This document shows, piece after piece, positions 52,873 to 64,000 of a stretch of DNA of 64,000 bases; the first letter of the stretch is position 1; the number at the start of each line of letters is the position of its first letter. A program made the translations under genes and the position numbers. Location of the stretch: NCBI GenBank assembly GCA_964016885.1, contig OZ024757.1, positions 4,898,001-4,962,000 of the forward strand, written 5' to 3'. The notes below the pieces were generated by a model. It made no database searches, had not been told where the DNA came from, and saw only the letters and a program-made list of their open reading frames with translations. This stretch comes from Eledone cirrhosa (Eukaryota).

Positions 52873-53493
52873 GGGCACTGTCGTGGTATTAGCTGTCAGA
52901 AAGAAGGTGACATCATTCGTCAATCTTCTCAATCCTTTATTTCCGTATCACTCTTCCGTTTATTTACGTTTATTATTTTATTTATGGGTACCAAATAACC
53001 CCGTAATTTTCGCGAGAAAAGATAATATACAATCTTATTTAACATGTGCATTAAAAACTACACTAGCTGTTACAATTGTAATTAACGTGTAAGAACTTAA
53101 ATGAAAATATTGGTGGCCCTTAAAAGGGCCGGTGTTGAACTTAAATTTGTTTTCTAATTTGATAACCATGACTTGTTTCAACACCGGCCCTTTTAAGGGC
53201 CACCTATATTTTCATTTAAGTTCTTACACGTCAATTACAATTGTAACAGCTTGTGTAGTTTTTAATGCACATGTTAAATAAGATTGTATATTATCGTTTC
53301 TCTCGAAAATTACGGGGTTATTTGGTCCCCGTATTATTTTTTAATAAGTGTATCTCATCGTAAACGTATCTCTTAGAAAATCCTAAACATAAATAAAGGG
53401 AATAGTGATACGGAAATAAAGGATTGAGAAGGTTGACGAATGACGTCACCTTCTTCTACTTTCACTTCTGACAGCTAATACCATGACACTGCC
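52873..53493. mobile_element. Fold-back MITE with ~265-bp inverted arms
   Basis: GGGCACTGTCGTGGTATTAGCTGTCAGAA...TTCTGACAGCTAATACCATGACACTGCC; AATAATT on both flanks. Confidence 0.85.
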
Positions 53494-53719
53494 AATAATT
53501 GTTATAAATACCTCAAAATTTCTCATTAATTAAACCAAAGACAGGTAAAAACTCCAGAGTCTTTCAGTCGGGCATGAAAGAAATTAATTTCTAATGGAAG
53601 AAGAAAAGATGTTAAAGTCAGCCAAGGGAGATCACTCTCAGCGACTTATTGTAATTCTTGTTCGTGAATTAATCTGGATTAAGGCATTCCGGTGTATTTT
53701 ATGTGGAGGAAACCGGTTT

Positions 53720-53965
53720 TAGGCGGTGATAGCACGCAGTACATGAACATATGGTTCCTGAGTTCGAATCCCAGACCGGGCGACCTGTACGTTGAGGCCT
53801 TGAACAAGACACTTTATTTCTCATTGTTTTATTTCACAAAAGTAATAAGTTGTACCAGTAATTATAGTGGAAACGTTGTTAGATAGAATTGTCACACTGA
53901 ATCTCCCTGAGAACAATGTCAACGGTATACGTATCAATGAAATACTAAGTCACATTATAATATAA
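53720..53965 (+). mobile_element. Degenerate tRNA/CORE-like SINE of another family
   Basis: gagttcgaatccc B box; ccttgaacaagacactttatttc. Confidence 0.6.
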
Positions 53966-54041
53966 GATGGGTTCTACATGTATTTCAAAGGGAAGCCATG
54001 TCAAACATCTCGCTGAATCTCCCTGAGAACTACGTATATAC

Positions 54042-54362
54042 TAGTGACTATCAGACATATTGTATCTAGGACTACATTATCTAATGTACAGTACAGTAGT
54101 TAGTATTAGTGGCTATCAGACATAGTGTATCTAGGACTACTTTATCTAATCTACAGTACAGTATTTAGTATTAGTGGCTATAAGACATAGTTTATCTAGG
54201 ACTACATTATCTTATGTACAGTACAGTAGTTAGTATTAGTGGCTATAAGACATAGTTTATCTAGGACTACATTATCTAATGTACAGTATAGTGGCTATCA
54301 GATATAGTGTACCTAGGACTACATTATATCATGTACAGTATAGCAGTTAGTATTTATGGCTA
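54042..54362. repeat. 65-bp tandem repeat (~5 copies)
   Basis: tagtggctatcagacatagtgtatctaggactacattatctaatgtacagtacagtagttagtat. Confidence 0.9.
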
Positions 54363-54369
54363 TTATTAT

Positions 54370-54922
54370 TATAGACTTCAAGTAAATCTTTGTCAACTTA
54401 CCTCCTTCAGATATAATCAATGTGTTGTGTTGTTAGTTTTTACTAAACAACCAAAGAAATAATCTCTTTGTTATCAAATTAGAAGTTTCAAAGATGTTAT
54501 CAGCTTTATTTCACGACATTAACGTTGGTGTATCTTCTTCATCTTTAGTCATAAATTGATATCTTGTCAGAATGAAGTAGTGAGGCTGACTTTATGTCTT
54601 TAGCTACAGATTTGATAGGAAATATATATATATTAGGTTGATATGTGGTCTAAAATATATATATTGTCTATAAATGACTGATAGCAGATGTTCTGGTGAA
54701 ATAGTAGTTTTACTACTACAGATTGTAATGGAACTCTTAGTAGACACAATTGTAAAGTAAGAATAGATATGATAATGTAAGACTGATGTCGGGGAATTAA
54801 AATTCTGTATATATATATAATTGTTACACAAGATATAATTAGATTAATTAAAGTTATAATGAAGACAGCAGGTACTCGGTGTCATTGACAATGTTTCACC
54901 CCTCTTACCGGTGTCATACGTT
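54370..54922 (-). promoter_or_regulatory. Putative promoter/first-exon module, copy 3 (truncated)
   Basis: Matches 409-965; donor GT at 54401-54400 retained. Confidence 0.5.
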
Positions 54923-55004
54923 CTTATATTTGGACGCTTGTACTGTATCTGCTGCGATATTTCGTGCCTGCTTTTACTGCAAGTGCAAGAAGGAGAACAA
55001 AAAG

Positions 55005-55378
55005 TGCTCAGTCCACACTGTAAAGTAGTCATGTTGGTGCCACAACAAATAGGGCCTAGTCCACACTGTAAAGTTGTCATTTTGGTGCCACAACAAATAG
55101 GGCCTAGTCCACACTGTAAAGTTGTCATTTTGGTGCCACAACAAATAGGGCCTAGTCCACACTGTAAAGTTGTCATGTTGGTGCCACAACAAATAGGGCC
55201 TAGTCCACACTGTAAAGTAGTCATGTTGGTGCCACAACAAATAGGGCCTAGTCCACACTGTAAAGTTGTCATTTTGGTGCCACAATAAATAGTGCCCAGT
55301 CCACATTGTAAAGTAGTCATTTTGGTGCCACAACAAATAGTGCCCAGTCCACACTGTAAAGTAGTCATTTTGGTGATA
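55005..55378. repeat. 48-bp tandem repeat (~8 copies) in an RTE-type 3' UTR
   Basis: agtccacactgtaaagttgtcattttggtgccacaacaaatagggcct; continues into a ...gaagggcatccag...(gat)n tail at 55553. Confidence 0.9.
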
Positions 55379-56934
55379 CTGCAGAAAGCACCCAATACAC
55401 ACGGCAAAGTAGTTGGCGTTATGAAGGGCATCCAGTCATGGAAACCAAGACACGGTCATCTGATCTGAATTGTCTCATAATAGGACAACTCATATAACCC
55501 ATGCTAGCATGGAAAAATGGACGTTAAACAGTGATGATGATGATGATGATGATGAAAGTCTACGGTGCTGAGACCACAAATCAAGGGAGTAGTCTATTGA
55601 TGTGAAGAAGTAGAGTGGGTATAGAGGAAGGTAAAAACATACCTGTGACATGAGTGTGTAACCTAGTAGTTAGTGACTTTATAGTTATGTCTAGAGGAAC
55701 TCAGAGACAGAGGGCAACCTGGAGAAGAAGAATATGGAAGATAAAGGAGCCCTCAGCCAGTAACAAATTTAGAGATATTTTGTTTGACACTTTTCACAGT
55801 AAAGAAGAAGATATAGAGACTCAGAAGATAGAGGAGGTGTTGGTGTTATATATATGTATGCTCTGATGGATGAGCAGCATTAGGAAACTGAGGGAATAAG
55901 TTGGTATAAGAGAAAGTAGATGTAGTGTGCTAGAGAGAAGACTACGTTGGTATGGACATGTGATGTGTATGAAAGATAGCAGCTGCATAAAGAAATGGAG
56001 AAAAACTGATGTGGTTAGGACCATTGGAAGAGGCAGACCCAGGAAGACATGGGATGAGTGTGTGAAGACCTTAAAAGACATCACAACAGAAATGACAAAG
56101 GACCACAAGGGCTGGCACTATGTTATGATAGTGAAGTCCTGGTCAACAGCATACACTGTGGCCTGACCTATCCCCTTATCTTCCCTCTCCCTAGCACTCC
56201 CTAACAGGTATTTTTCACTACACCACCCCCACTCCTTATCTGCTGCCCCCTTCAAAACCTCTAGAATCCCTCACAGTTCACAATCTAGTAGATACTCCCC
56301 TCACTGTTATGTACTCCATCCATGCCCCCCCCCCCCTCCACTAGTACTCCCTAGCAGCTCTCCTCATCTCCACTAAATATCCCCACTCCATCGATGCCAC
56401 CTCCCTCTTGTATTTATCCCTTAGCTTCTGTCTCCCCCACTATAAACCCTTAGAACCCTTCACTATCACACCTTAGTAGCTACCTTGACCCATTCCCTAT
56501 CACTCTGCTATTCTCTCCATCACTACACCTCCCCGTTTCTGACATTGGTGAATGCCACCCCCACCACTTTAGTGTTCTCATCTTCATGGAAAAAGACAGG
56601 AGACAGGTGAAGAGGACCCTTCAGTGGTGTCAAAGACAGGACAATGTTCCTAGTGTTGGTGATCTACAAGATAAACACACCCACTCCATGCTATAAAGTT
56701 GGTGCTAGGAAGGGTATCCAGCCATAGAAAGCTTGCCATACAAAGTGCTGGGAGGACCCTTCACTTGTGTTAAAGACATGACAACCTCTCCTGTGCACTT
56801 GATAGTATGTGAGATCATACATAAGAGAGATAACAGACTGCTAACCATCCTGGAAGGTCAGCAGCCGTGCATCAGTACTGACTTAGTCTATCTATACCCA
56901 TCTATCCCTTACTAGCAAGGGAAGCAGATATTAA

Positions 56935-57878
56935 AACGATGGAAACAGCAGTTGGAAGCAAGAGGACTGAGAGTGAACCTAGCTAAGACAAAAGTGTTGA
57001 TGAGTAGAAAAGAGGACAAAACCCTGATCCCGTCAGGGAAATGGCCATGTTCGATATGCAGAAAAGGAACTGGCATAAATTCTATAAAATGCACACAATG
57101 CAGATCCTGGGTACACAAGAGATGTAGTGGGATAGCAGGTAAACTAACAGGTATGGAGAAATATGTATGCAGTAGATGTATAGGGAAATTAGACAATAGA
57201 AGTCGCATTGATAGACACATTTTTCGAATGCAGGAGGGCGCTATAGAAGTGGTGGATAGCTTCCGGTACCTAGGAGATCAGATTAGCATGGGATGAGGGT
57301 GTTCCGAGGCCATAGTATCTAGAATAAGGATGGGTTGGAAGAAGTTTAGGGAGCTGCTTCCTCTGCTGACAAAGAAGGGTTTCTCCCTGCGTACGGAAGG
57401 CCGGTTGTATGATGCCTGTGTGAGGAGCGTGATGCTGCATGGTAGTGAGACATGGGCAGCAACTGCAGAGGATGTGTGACGGATGGAGAGAAATGAGGCA
57501 AGCATGCTCCGTTGGATGTGCAGTGTAAATGTGCTTGAACAACCCAGCATAAATCTGTTGAGAGAAACTGTGTCTGAGAGGCATAGAATGTAGTGTACGG
57601 GAGAGGAGACTGAGGTGGTATGGACATGTGATGCGCATGGAAGATGACCGATGGGTGAAGAAGTGCCAGGAAATGCCAGTTGAAGACGTGGTAGAGGTAG
57701 ACCACTAAAAACATGGGTGGAGGTGGTGAGAACAGACCTCAGATCATTGAAGCTCACGGTGGAGATGACGAAGGACCGTGACGAGTGGAGAGATGCTGTG
57801 CTGAATAAGACCCCTCCCACACTTGCAAGCAGGGAAAAGCGGACGTAAAAGGATGATGATGATGATGATGATGATGAT
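56935..57878 (+). mobile_element. 3' fragment of the 47087-48963 RTE subfamily
   Basis: Near-identical to 48020-48963, with extra stops and frameshifts. Confidence 0.9.
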
Positions 57879-58449
57879 ATATATATATATATCATCATCA
57901 ACACTGTTTTACGTCCGTTCTTCTATGCTAGCATGGGTTAGACGGGTTGTCCTGTTGTGGGCAGTGTCCGGTTGGCTGACCTTGTCATGCTCATACGGGA
58001 AGTGATTTTGCCTTGATTTCTACAGCTGGATGCCCTTCCTAACACCAACGTCATTTACACTGAGTGCTGGGTACTTTTCTTCCGTGTTGCCTACATGTCC
58101 ACTTTATAGTGTGGGTTGATATATATTTAATATATTTAATATATATATATATATGATATATATATATAATATAATATATATAACATATATATATATATAT
58201 ATATATAATATAATATATATAACATATATATATATATATAATATAATATATATATCTATATATCTAAAATAGAGAATGCCTAAAACTCAAGAACCACCCA
58301 ACCGATTGTTTTCAAACTTTACATATGTAATACTTATAGTCCTGTGAGTGTTTTGAGTAGAAACATTTCAAATTTTCAATGCCCTAGGGACCGCATTAGG
58401 CGATTTAGCGATCTCCAGGCCATTCTGCTAGTAATATATATAATATATA

Positions 58450-58660
58450 TGGCTTAGTGGTTAGAGAATTGGGCTTGTAATTGAAAGGTTGTGAGTTCAA
58501 TTCTCGGAACGGGTGATGTGTTATGTCCTTGAGCAAGACACTTTATTTCACGTTGTTCCTTCTACCTGGAGTTGTGACCAATAGATAGTATTAGCAATTG
58601 GAAAGACCAATGGAAACATTGTTTCTTCGGTCCAATTTGACGAAAGTCGATCGACTGACG
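58450..58660 (+). mobile_element. CORE-head SINE with a different tail; inverted copy at 63150-63362
   Basis: ggcttagtggttagag...ccttgagcaagacactttatttcac + ttctacctggagttgtgacc...ggtccaatttgacga. Confidence 0.78.
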
Positions 58661-59425
58661 ATATATGTATATATATATATATTATACATATATATATATA
58701 TATATATATATATGTGTCACTTGCTGGATCTGCTAGAAGGACCCAGATAATATGAGATGTTCTCCCGGATGTATCATGTACTGCAAATCTATGCAGATGT
58801 ATACACATATATACACAAACACATAAAGATACACAAGTAATTATACACACATTGAAGTGGTTGATAGCTTCTGTGACTTAATTAGCAGTGGAGGATGACT
58901 GTATAACACCTGCCAATAAAATATGATGCTGCATGGTAGTGAAACAAGGGCTGTGACAGCAGAAAAAAAGTGTAGACTGGAGAGGAATGAAGCAACCATG
59001 ATACATTGGATGTGCCATTTAAGTGTGAGAGAAAGGCAGAGCTTGGACAATGTCAATAAGAAGCTGGGTTTAAGAGGGATCTTAAGAGATGTGTAAGAGA
59101 GAAGACTGGATTGGTACGGACATGTGATACACATGGATAATGTCAGCTGGGTGAGGAAGTGCCAGGACATCCCAGTAGAAGGAAGCCATAGTAGAGGTAG
59201 ACCAAGAAAGACCTGGACAGAGGCTGTGTGAACTGACTTCAAATAACTGACTCTCACAGAGGAGATGACAAAGGAACACGACAAGTTGAAAGATGCCATG
59301 TTGAGAAGGACATGTCCAACCCAAGGAAGCATAGAAAAACAGACATAAAAACAGTGATGATGTTGATGAAGTTGATGTACATATACACACATACATAATA
59401 AATAAATCAAATACAGATATGCACA

Positions 59426-59771
59426 GTGGAGGCACATGTCTTAGTGGTTAGAGCATTGGCCTTGTATTCGAAATGTTGTGAGTTCAATTCTCAGACTGTG
59501 TGATGTGTTGTTTCCTTGAGCAAGACACTTTATTTCACATTGCTCCAGTGTACTCAGTTGTAGAAATGAGATGATAGGGACTGGGGTTCATATCATTCCA
59601 CTGCAAAGTGGTCGTGGAGGTGCCACGGCAAAAAAGCACTCAGCACTCTCTGTAAATGAGGTTGGTGTTAGGAAGGGCATCCAGCTGTAGAAATCAAGCC
59701 AGAATCAGTTCAGTCCCACCCTTGCAAGAAGGGAATAGCGGACGTAAAATGATGATGATGATGATGATGAT
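59426..59771 (+). mobile_element. Full-length tRNA/CORE-type SINE with 10-bp TSD
   Basis: GATATGCACA at 59416-59425 and 59772-59781; the paralogous site at 8426-8435 is empty. Confidence 0.93.
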
Positions 59772-60039
59772 GATATGCACATACTTATATACAACCATAT
59801 ACATGGACACAAATTTCTAACACATACATTCACATATATATAACGTATGTCAATTCTGAACAATACAGTTTAGTCAGCACAAGTCTTGGTTACAACTTCT
59901 ACAAATAAAATGAAAGGAGAATAATTTCTTAGTAAAACAGTTTTATTTAAGATATTAACAACATTGGTGGCACTATTTTAGGTGAGTGACATGGTTTTTA
60001 TCTTGTCTGATTGTGTTTGTGTTGCATCAAGTAACCTTT

Positions 60040-60528
60040 ACAAGAGAATTATTTATCACAGACACCACAGTGATATGGTTCCTCTCTTGTATGTGTTAGT
60101 GTGTAGTGAAGCCACAACATTTAGAGAATTATTTATCACAGACACCACAGTGATATGGTTCCTCTCCTGTATATGTTAGTGTGTAGGGAAGCCACAACAT
60201 TTAGAGAATTATTTATCACAGACACCACAGTGATATAGTTCCTCTCCTGTATATGTTAGTGTGTAGGGAAGCCACAACATTTAGAGAAGGATTTATCACA
60301 GACATCACAGGCATATGGTTCCTCTCCTGTATATGTTAGTGTGTAGGGAAGCCACAACATTTAGAGAATTATTTACCACAGACATCACAGTGATATGGTT
60401 CCTCTCTTGTATGTTAGTGTGTAGTGAAGCCACAACTTATAGAGAAGGATTTACCACAGACATCACAGTGATATAGTTCCTCTCCTTATGTTAGTGTTTG
60501 GTGAAACCAAAATTAGAAAATGATTTAC
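60040..60528 (-). repeat. 80-bp tandem repeat (~6 copies) of a degenerate zinc-finger unit downstream of the ZNF stop
   Basis: ttagagaa.. recurs at 60121, 60201, 60281 and 60361; minus strand reads ..[13 protein letters not shown]. Confidence 0.85.
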
Positions 60529-60890
60529 ATGGGCTGAGGTGGTAAGGGCAGACCTCTGAAGCTCACGGTGGAGATGACAAAGGACCGTGACAAGTGGAGT
60601 GATACTGTGTTGAATAGGACCCATCCCACCCTTGCAAGCAGGGAAAAGCGGACGTAAAATGATGATGATGATATGGTTTCCCTCATCTATGCATATATTT
60701 AGTTAAATGGCACCATTAAAAGATATATTTTCCAAACATATCAAAGTGATATGGCTTCCCACCTGTATATGTTTGTGTGTAGTTAATGTAGCATAGAAAG
60801 AGAATGATTTACCACAGATATTACACTGATATATATTTGTATTCTCATTAATTCACAATTTTGAGAGGATTTATCACTGAGGTCAATGCA

Positions 60891-62114
60891 TTAAGATTTC
60901 TCTGCATGTATGAGTTTGTGAGTAGTTAGGCTACTTTTTCCAGAGAATGATATACCACAGATATCACAGTGATATGGCTTGTCTCCTGTATGGGTACGTT
61001 TGTGGCTAGTTAAGGTACTACTTTGAGAGAATGATTTACCACAGATATCACAGTGATATGGCTTGACCCCTGTATGTATACGTTTGTGGCTAGTTAAGTT
61101 ACCACTTACAGAGAATGATTTACCACAAATATCACATTGATATGGCTTGTCTCCTGTATGTATACGCTTGTGTCTATTTAAATGACCACTTACAGAGAAT
61201 GATTTACCACAGATATTACAGTTATATGGCTTGTCTCCTGTATGGGTACGTATATGCCCCGTTAAGTTACTACTTTGAGAGAATGATTTACCACAGATAT
61301 CACAGTGGTATGGCTTGTCTCCTGTATGTATACGTTTGTGGTTAGTTAAGATACCACTACCAGAGAAAGATTTACCACAGATATCACAGTGATATGGCTT
61401 GTCTGCTGTATGTATACGTTTGTGGGAAGTTAAGTGACTACTTCGAGAGAATGATTTACCACAGATATCACAGTGGTATGGCTTGTCACCTGTATGGGTA
61501 TGTTTGTGTCTAGTTAAGGTACTACAATCTGAGAATGATTTACCACAGATATCACAGTGGTATGGCTTGTCTCCTGTATGTATACGTTTGTGTATAGTTA
61601 AGTAACTACTCTCAGTGAATGATTTACCACAGATATCACAGTGATATGGCTTGTCTACTGTATGTATATGTTTGTGTCTGATTAAGTGACTACTTTGAGA
61701 GAATGATTTACCACAGATGTCACAGTGGTATGGTTTGTCTCCTGTATGGGTACGTAAGTGTTTAGTTAATGCATCACTTCGAGGGAATGTTTTACCACAG
61801 ATATCACAGTGATATAGCTTCTCACCTGTATGTAAATGGTTGTGAGTAGTTAAGGTACTACTTTTAGTGAATGATTTACCACAGATCTCACAGCGATATG
61901 GCTTCTCATCTGTAGGTAAATGGTTGTGACTAGTTAGGCTACTTTTCCCAGAGAATGATTTAGCACAGATATTACAGTGATATGGTTTGTCTCCTGTATG
62001 TATAACTTTGTGAGTAGTTAAGGTACTACGTATATTGAATGATTTACCACAGATATTGCAGTGATATGGTTTCTCTTCTCCAACCTTTGTCATCTCACCA
62101 GGAATACTAAACAT
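60891..62114 (-). CDS. C2H2 zinc-finger protein, 14 tandem fingers (finger 2 degenerate), 407 aa
   Basis: Repeated [16 protein letters not shown] units; acceptor tttcAG at 62341-62340; flanks homologous to 8400-9960. Confidence 0.93.
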   Translation of the reverse strand: MFSIPGEMTKVGEEKPYHCNICGKSFNIRSTLTTHKVIHTGDKPYHCNICAKSFSGKSSLTSHNHLPTDEKPYRCEICGKSFTKSSTLTTHNHLHTGEKLYHCDICGKTFPRSDALTKHLRTHTGDKPYHCDICGKSFSQSSHLIRHKHIHTVDKPYHCDICGKSFTESSYLTIHKRIHTGDKPYHCDICGKSFSDCSTLTRHKHTHTGDKPYHCDICGKSFSRSSHLTSHKRIHTADKPYHCDICGKSFSGSGILTNHKRIHTGDKPYHCDICGKSFSQSSNLTGHIRTHTGDKPYNCNICGKSFSVSGHLNRHKRIHTGDKPYQCDICGKSFSVSGNLTSHKRIHTGVKPYHCDICGKSFSQSSTLTSHKRTHTGDKPYHCDICGISFSGKSSLTTHKLIHAEKS

Positions 62115-63039
62115 TTTCGATTGTGTTTCACATTTAACCGTTTCACTCGATTTATTTTCTATAATAATTTTATCTCCAACAGAATATACTTGTAATACTT
62201 TTTAGATTATATTCCTAAAAAATACATCTTCTATATTTCCCGCAACTGTGATTTCAGTTAATAGTCTTCAAATGATGATAAATAGAGGTGATGTATCCGA
62301 GATTGAAAATAATAATTTATCCCAATGTCATCTGGTATTCTGAAATAAGATAGAAACAGTATGAGATAATACAGAATACTTAAGAAGCAGAGATAGATTT
62401 AACAGTGGAAATTTTATATTTCTATTTTGGTAAACTGTAGATATCAACTTTCCTGTCCAGAGTAATTCTCTCCAATGCAAACAGTTGTATTCCAGCATGT
62501 TCTATAAATGTTATCCTTCTATCTCTAGAGAAGTCTGCTCTATGGCAGTTTAGTGAAAAATTCATTCTGATAGGACTCTCTAATATAGCAATCATCTCCT
62601 CTCCTGGTGACATGACAACAACAGTTTAACTTCCATCTTTTTATTAGTAGGAGTCAATTGTTCCTCTATATCTTTTTCTTACTTCTTTTCTATCTTCCTC
62701 TGGGAGAAATCAGCTGCGTTTAGACCAGGAGTTACGAGTCTATATGAATCCATACAATATCTGATTTCACTTGAAGTTTGATTCAGATCTCAATTGTGTT
62801 CAGACGAGAGAGGTGATGGGCTCGATCAGGTTTTTAAATATGCCTGAGAAATACTGTATGTCACTTAGAGTACCCCTACGACTCCACTAGTGTTTCATTT
62901 GTTGAGGACTAGATCTGGGTTAGCCAGCTAATTATCAGTAGAAGGGAAAACAGAGCCCTGATCCCCTCAGAAAAATCGCCTTGCTCTGTGTGCTAGAAAG
63001 GTGTAGGTAGAAATTCCATTCTCTGTCAAAAATACAAAC

Positions 63040-64000
63040 AATGGGTACACAAGAGATGTAGTGGGATCTCAGGTAAGTTAGCTAAGAATATAGGTTTTAC
63101 ATGAGGCCATTGCACAGGAGCAGTAAGCAGCAAACATTCACAGGAAGCAACGATTGACTCTCGTCAAATTGGACCGAGGAAACAATGTTTCCATTGGTCT
63201 TTCCAATTGCTAATACTATCTGTCGGTCGCAACTCCAGGTAGAAGGAGCAATGTGAAATAAAATGTCTTGCTCAAGGATATAACACATCAACCGGTCAGT
63301 GAATCGAACTCACAACCTCACGATTGCGAATCCAATTCTCTACCCACTCAGCCACACGCCTTCACAGGAAACAAGCTCTAACAAACTGTTGGAGGGTCAC
63401 ATAGAAGAGGTAGACAGCTTCTGTTACCTGGGTGATGATATCATCAGTGGAGGTGGATGTTCTGAAAGTAGAGCAGCTTGAGTGAACATGGAATGGAAAA
63501 GGTTCAGGATGCTACTACCATGGCAACTTACTAAAGGCTTTTTCTTCAAAACAAAGGGCAGGTTGAATAATGTGTGTATACGAACAGTTTAACACACACA
63601 CACACATATATATATATATAATTGTGTGTATATGTAAATATATATACATTAAGACAATGTCACTGGACTGAGATCTTTGGCGCTACTCAGTAATACAGAA
63701 GATCCGCCTTCCCTATGTACAAAGCGAAACCTACAGTCAGTAGGCACTTCTTAACTAAATATACACCCCCATCCCCCTACCCCCACCCATCAACACCAAC
63801 CTTTCTCTGTAAAGTTATGTTGGTACCACAACATCCAGTCCTAAATAAATGAGATCGTGTAGGTGTCACGACAAAAAAACACATAGTCCACGCTGTAATA
63901 TGGCCGTGTAGGTAACATGGTAAAAACCTCCCAGTCCACACTGTAAACATGGTTGGTGTTAGGAAGGATATCCAGCCATAGAAAACCCGCCATCTAGTCC
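63040..64000 (+). mobile_element. Fragmented RTE 3' region interrupted by a minus-strand SINE (63150-63362)
   Basis: WVHKRCSGISGKL, EEVDSFCYLGD..SGGGCSES; 63650-64000 matches 44845-45198. Confidence 0.8.

Overview
AT-rich, repeat-dense animal genomic DNA. The C2H2 finger style ([17 protein letters not shown]), RTE LINEs, tRNA-derived SINEs, (TA)n tracts and TTAGGG repeats suggest an octopus/cephalopod C2H2 zinc-finger gene cluster; this is an inference. Two paralogous minus-strand C2H2-ZNF coding exons (4 and 14 fingers) lie in duplicated blocks, and three copies of a putative promoter/first-exon module are present. The rest is nested mobile DNA: several RTE-clade LINE copies, two SINE superfamily types, a deleted mariner, a non-autonomous Helitron, piggyBac/pogo-like and fold-back MITEs, satellites and a ~960-bp interstitial telomeric tract. 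The main unexplained signal is about ten type I hammerhead ribozyme (HHR) motifs between 31.3 and 46.5 kb. They occur (i) in a 310-bp tandem array resembling a non-LTR retrozyme and (ii) in small fold-back elements embedded in (TA)n, two of which carry twin HHRs, one on each strand. These look like non-autonomous Penelope-type pseudo-LTR derivatives. All structures were read by eye; none has been computed or tested. Most ORFs in the supplied track are microsatellite artefacts.
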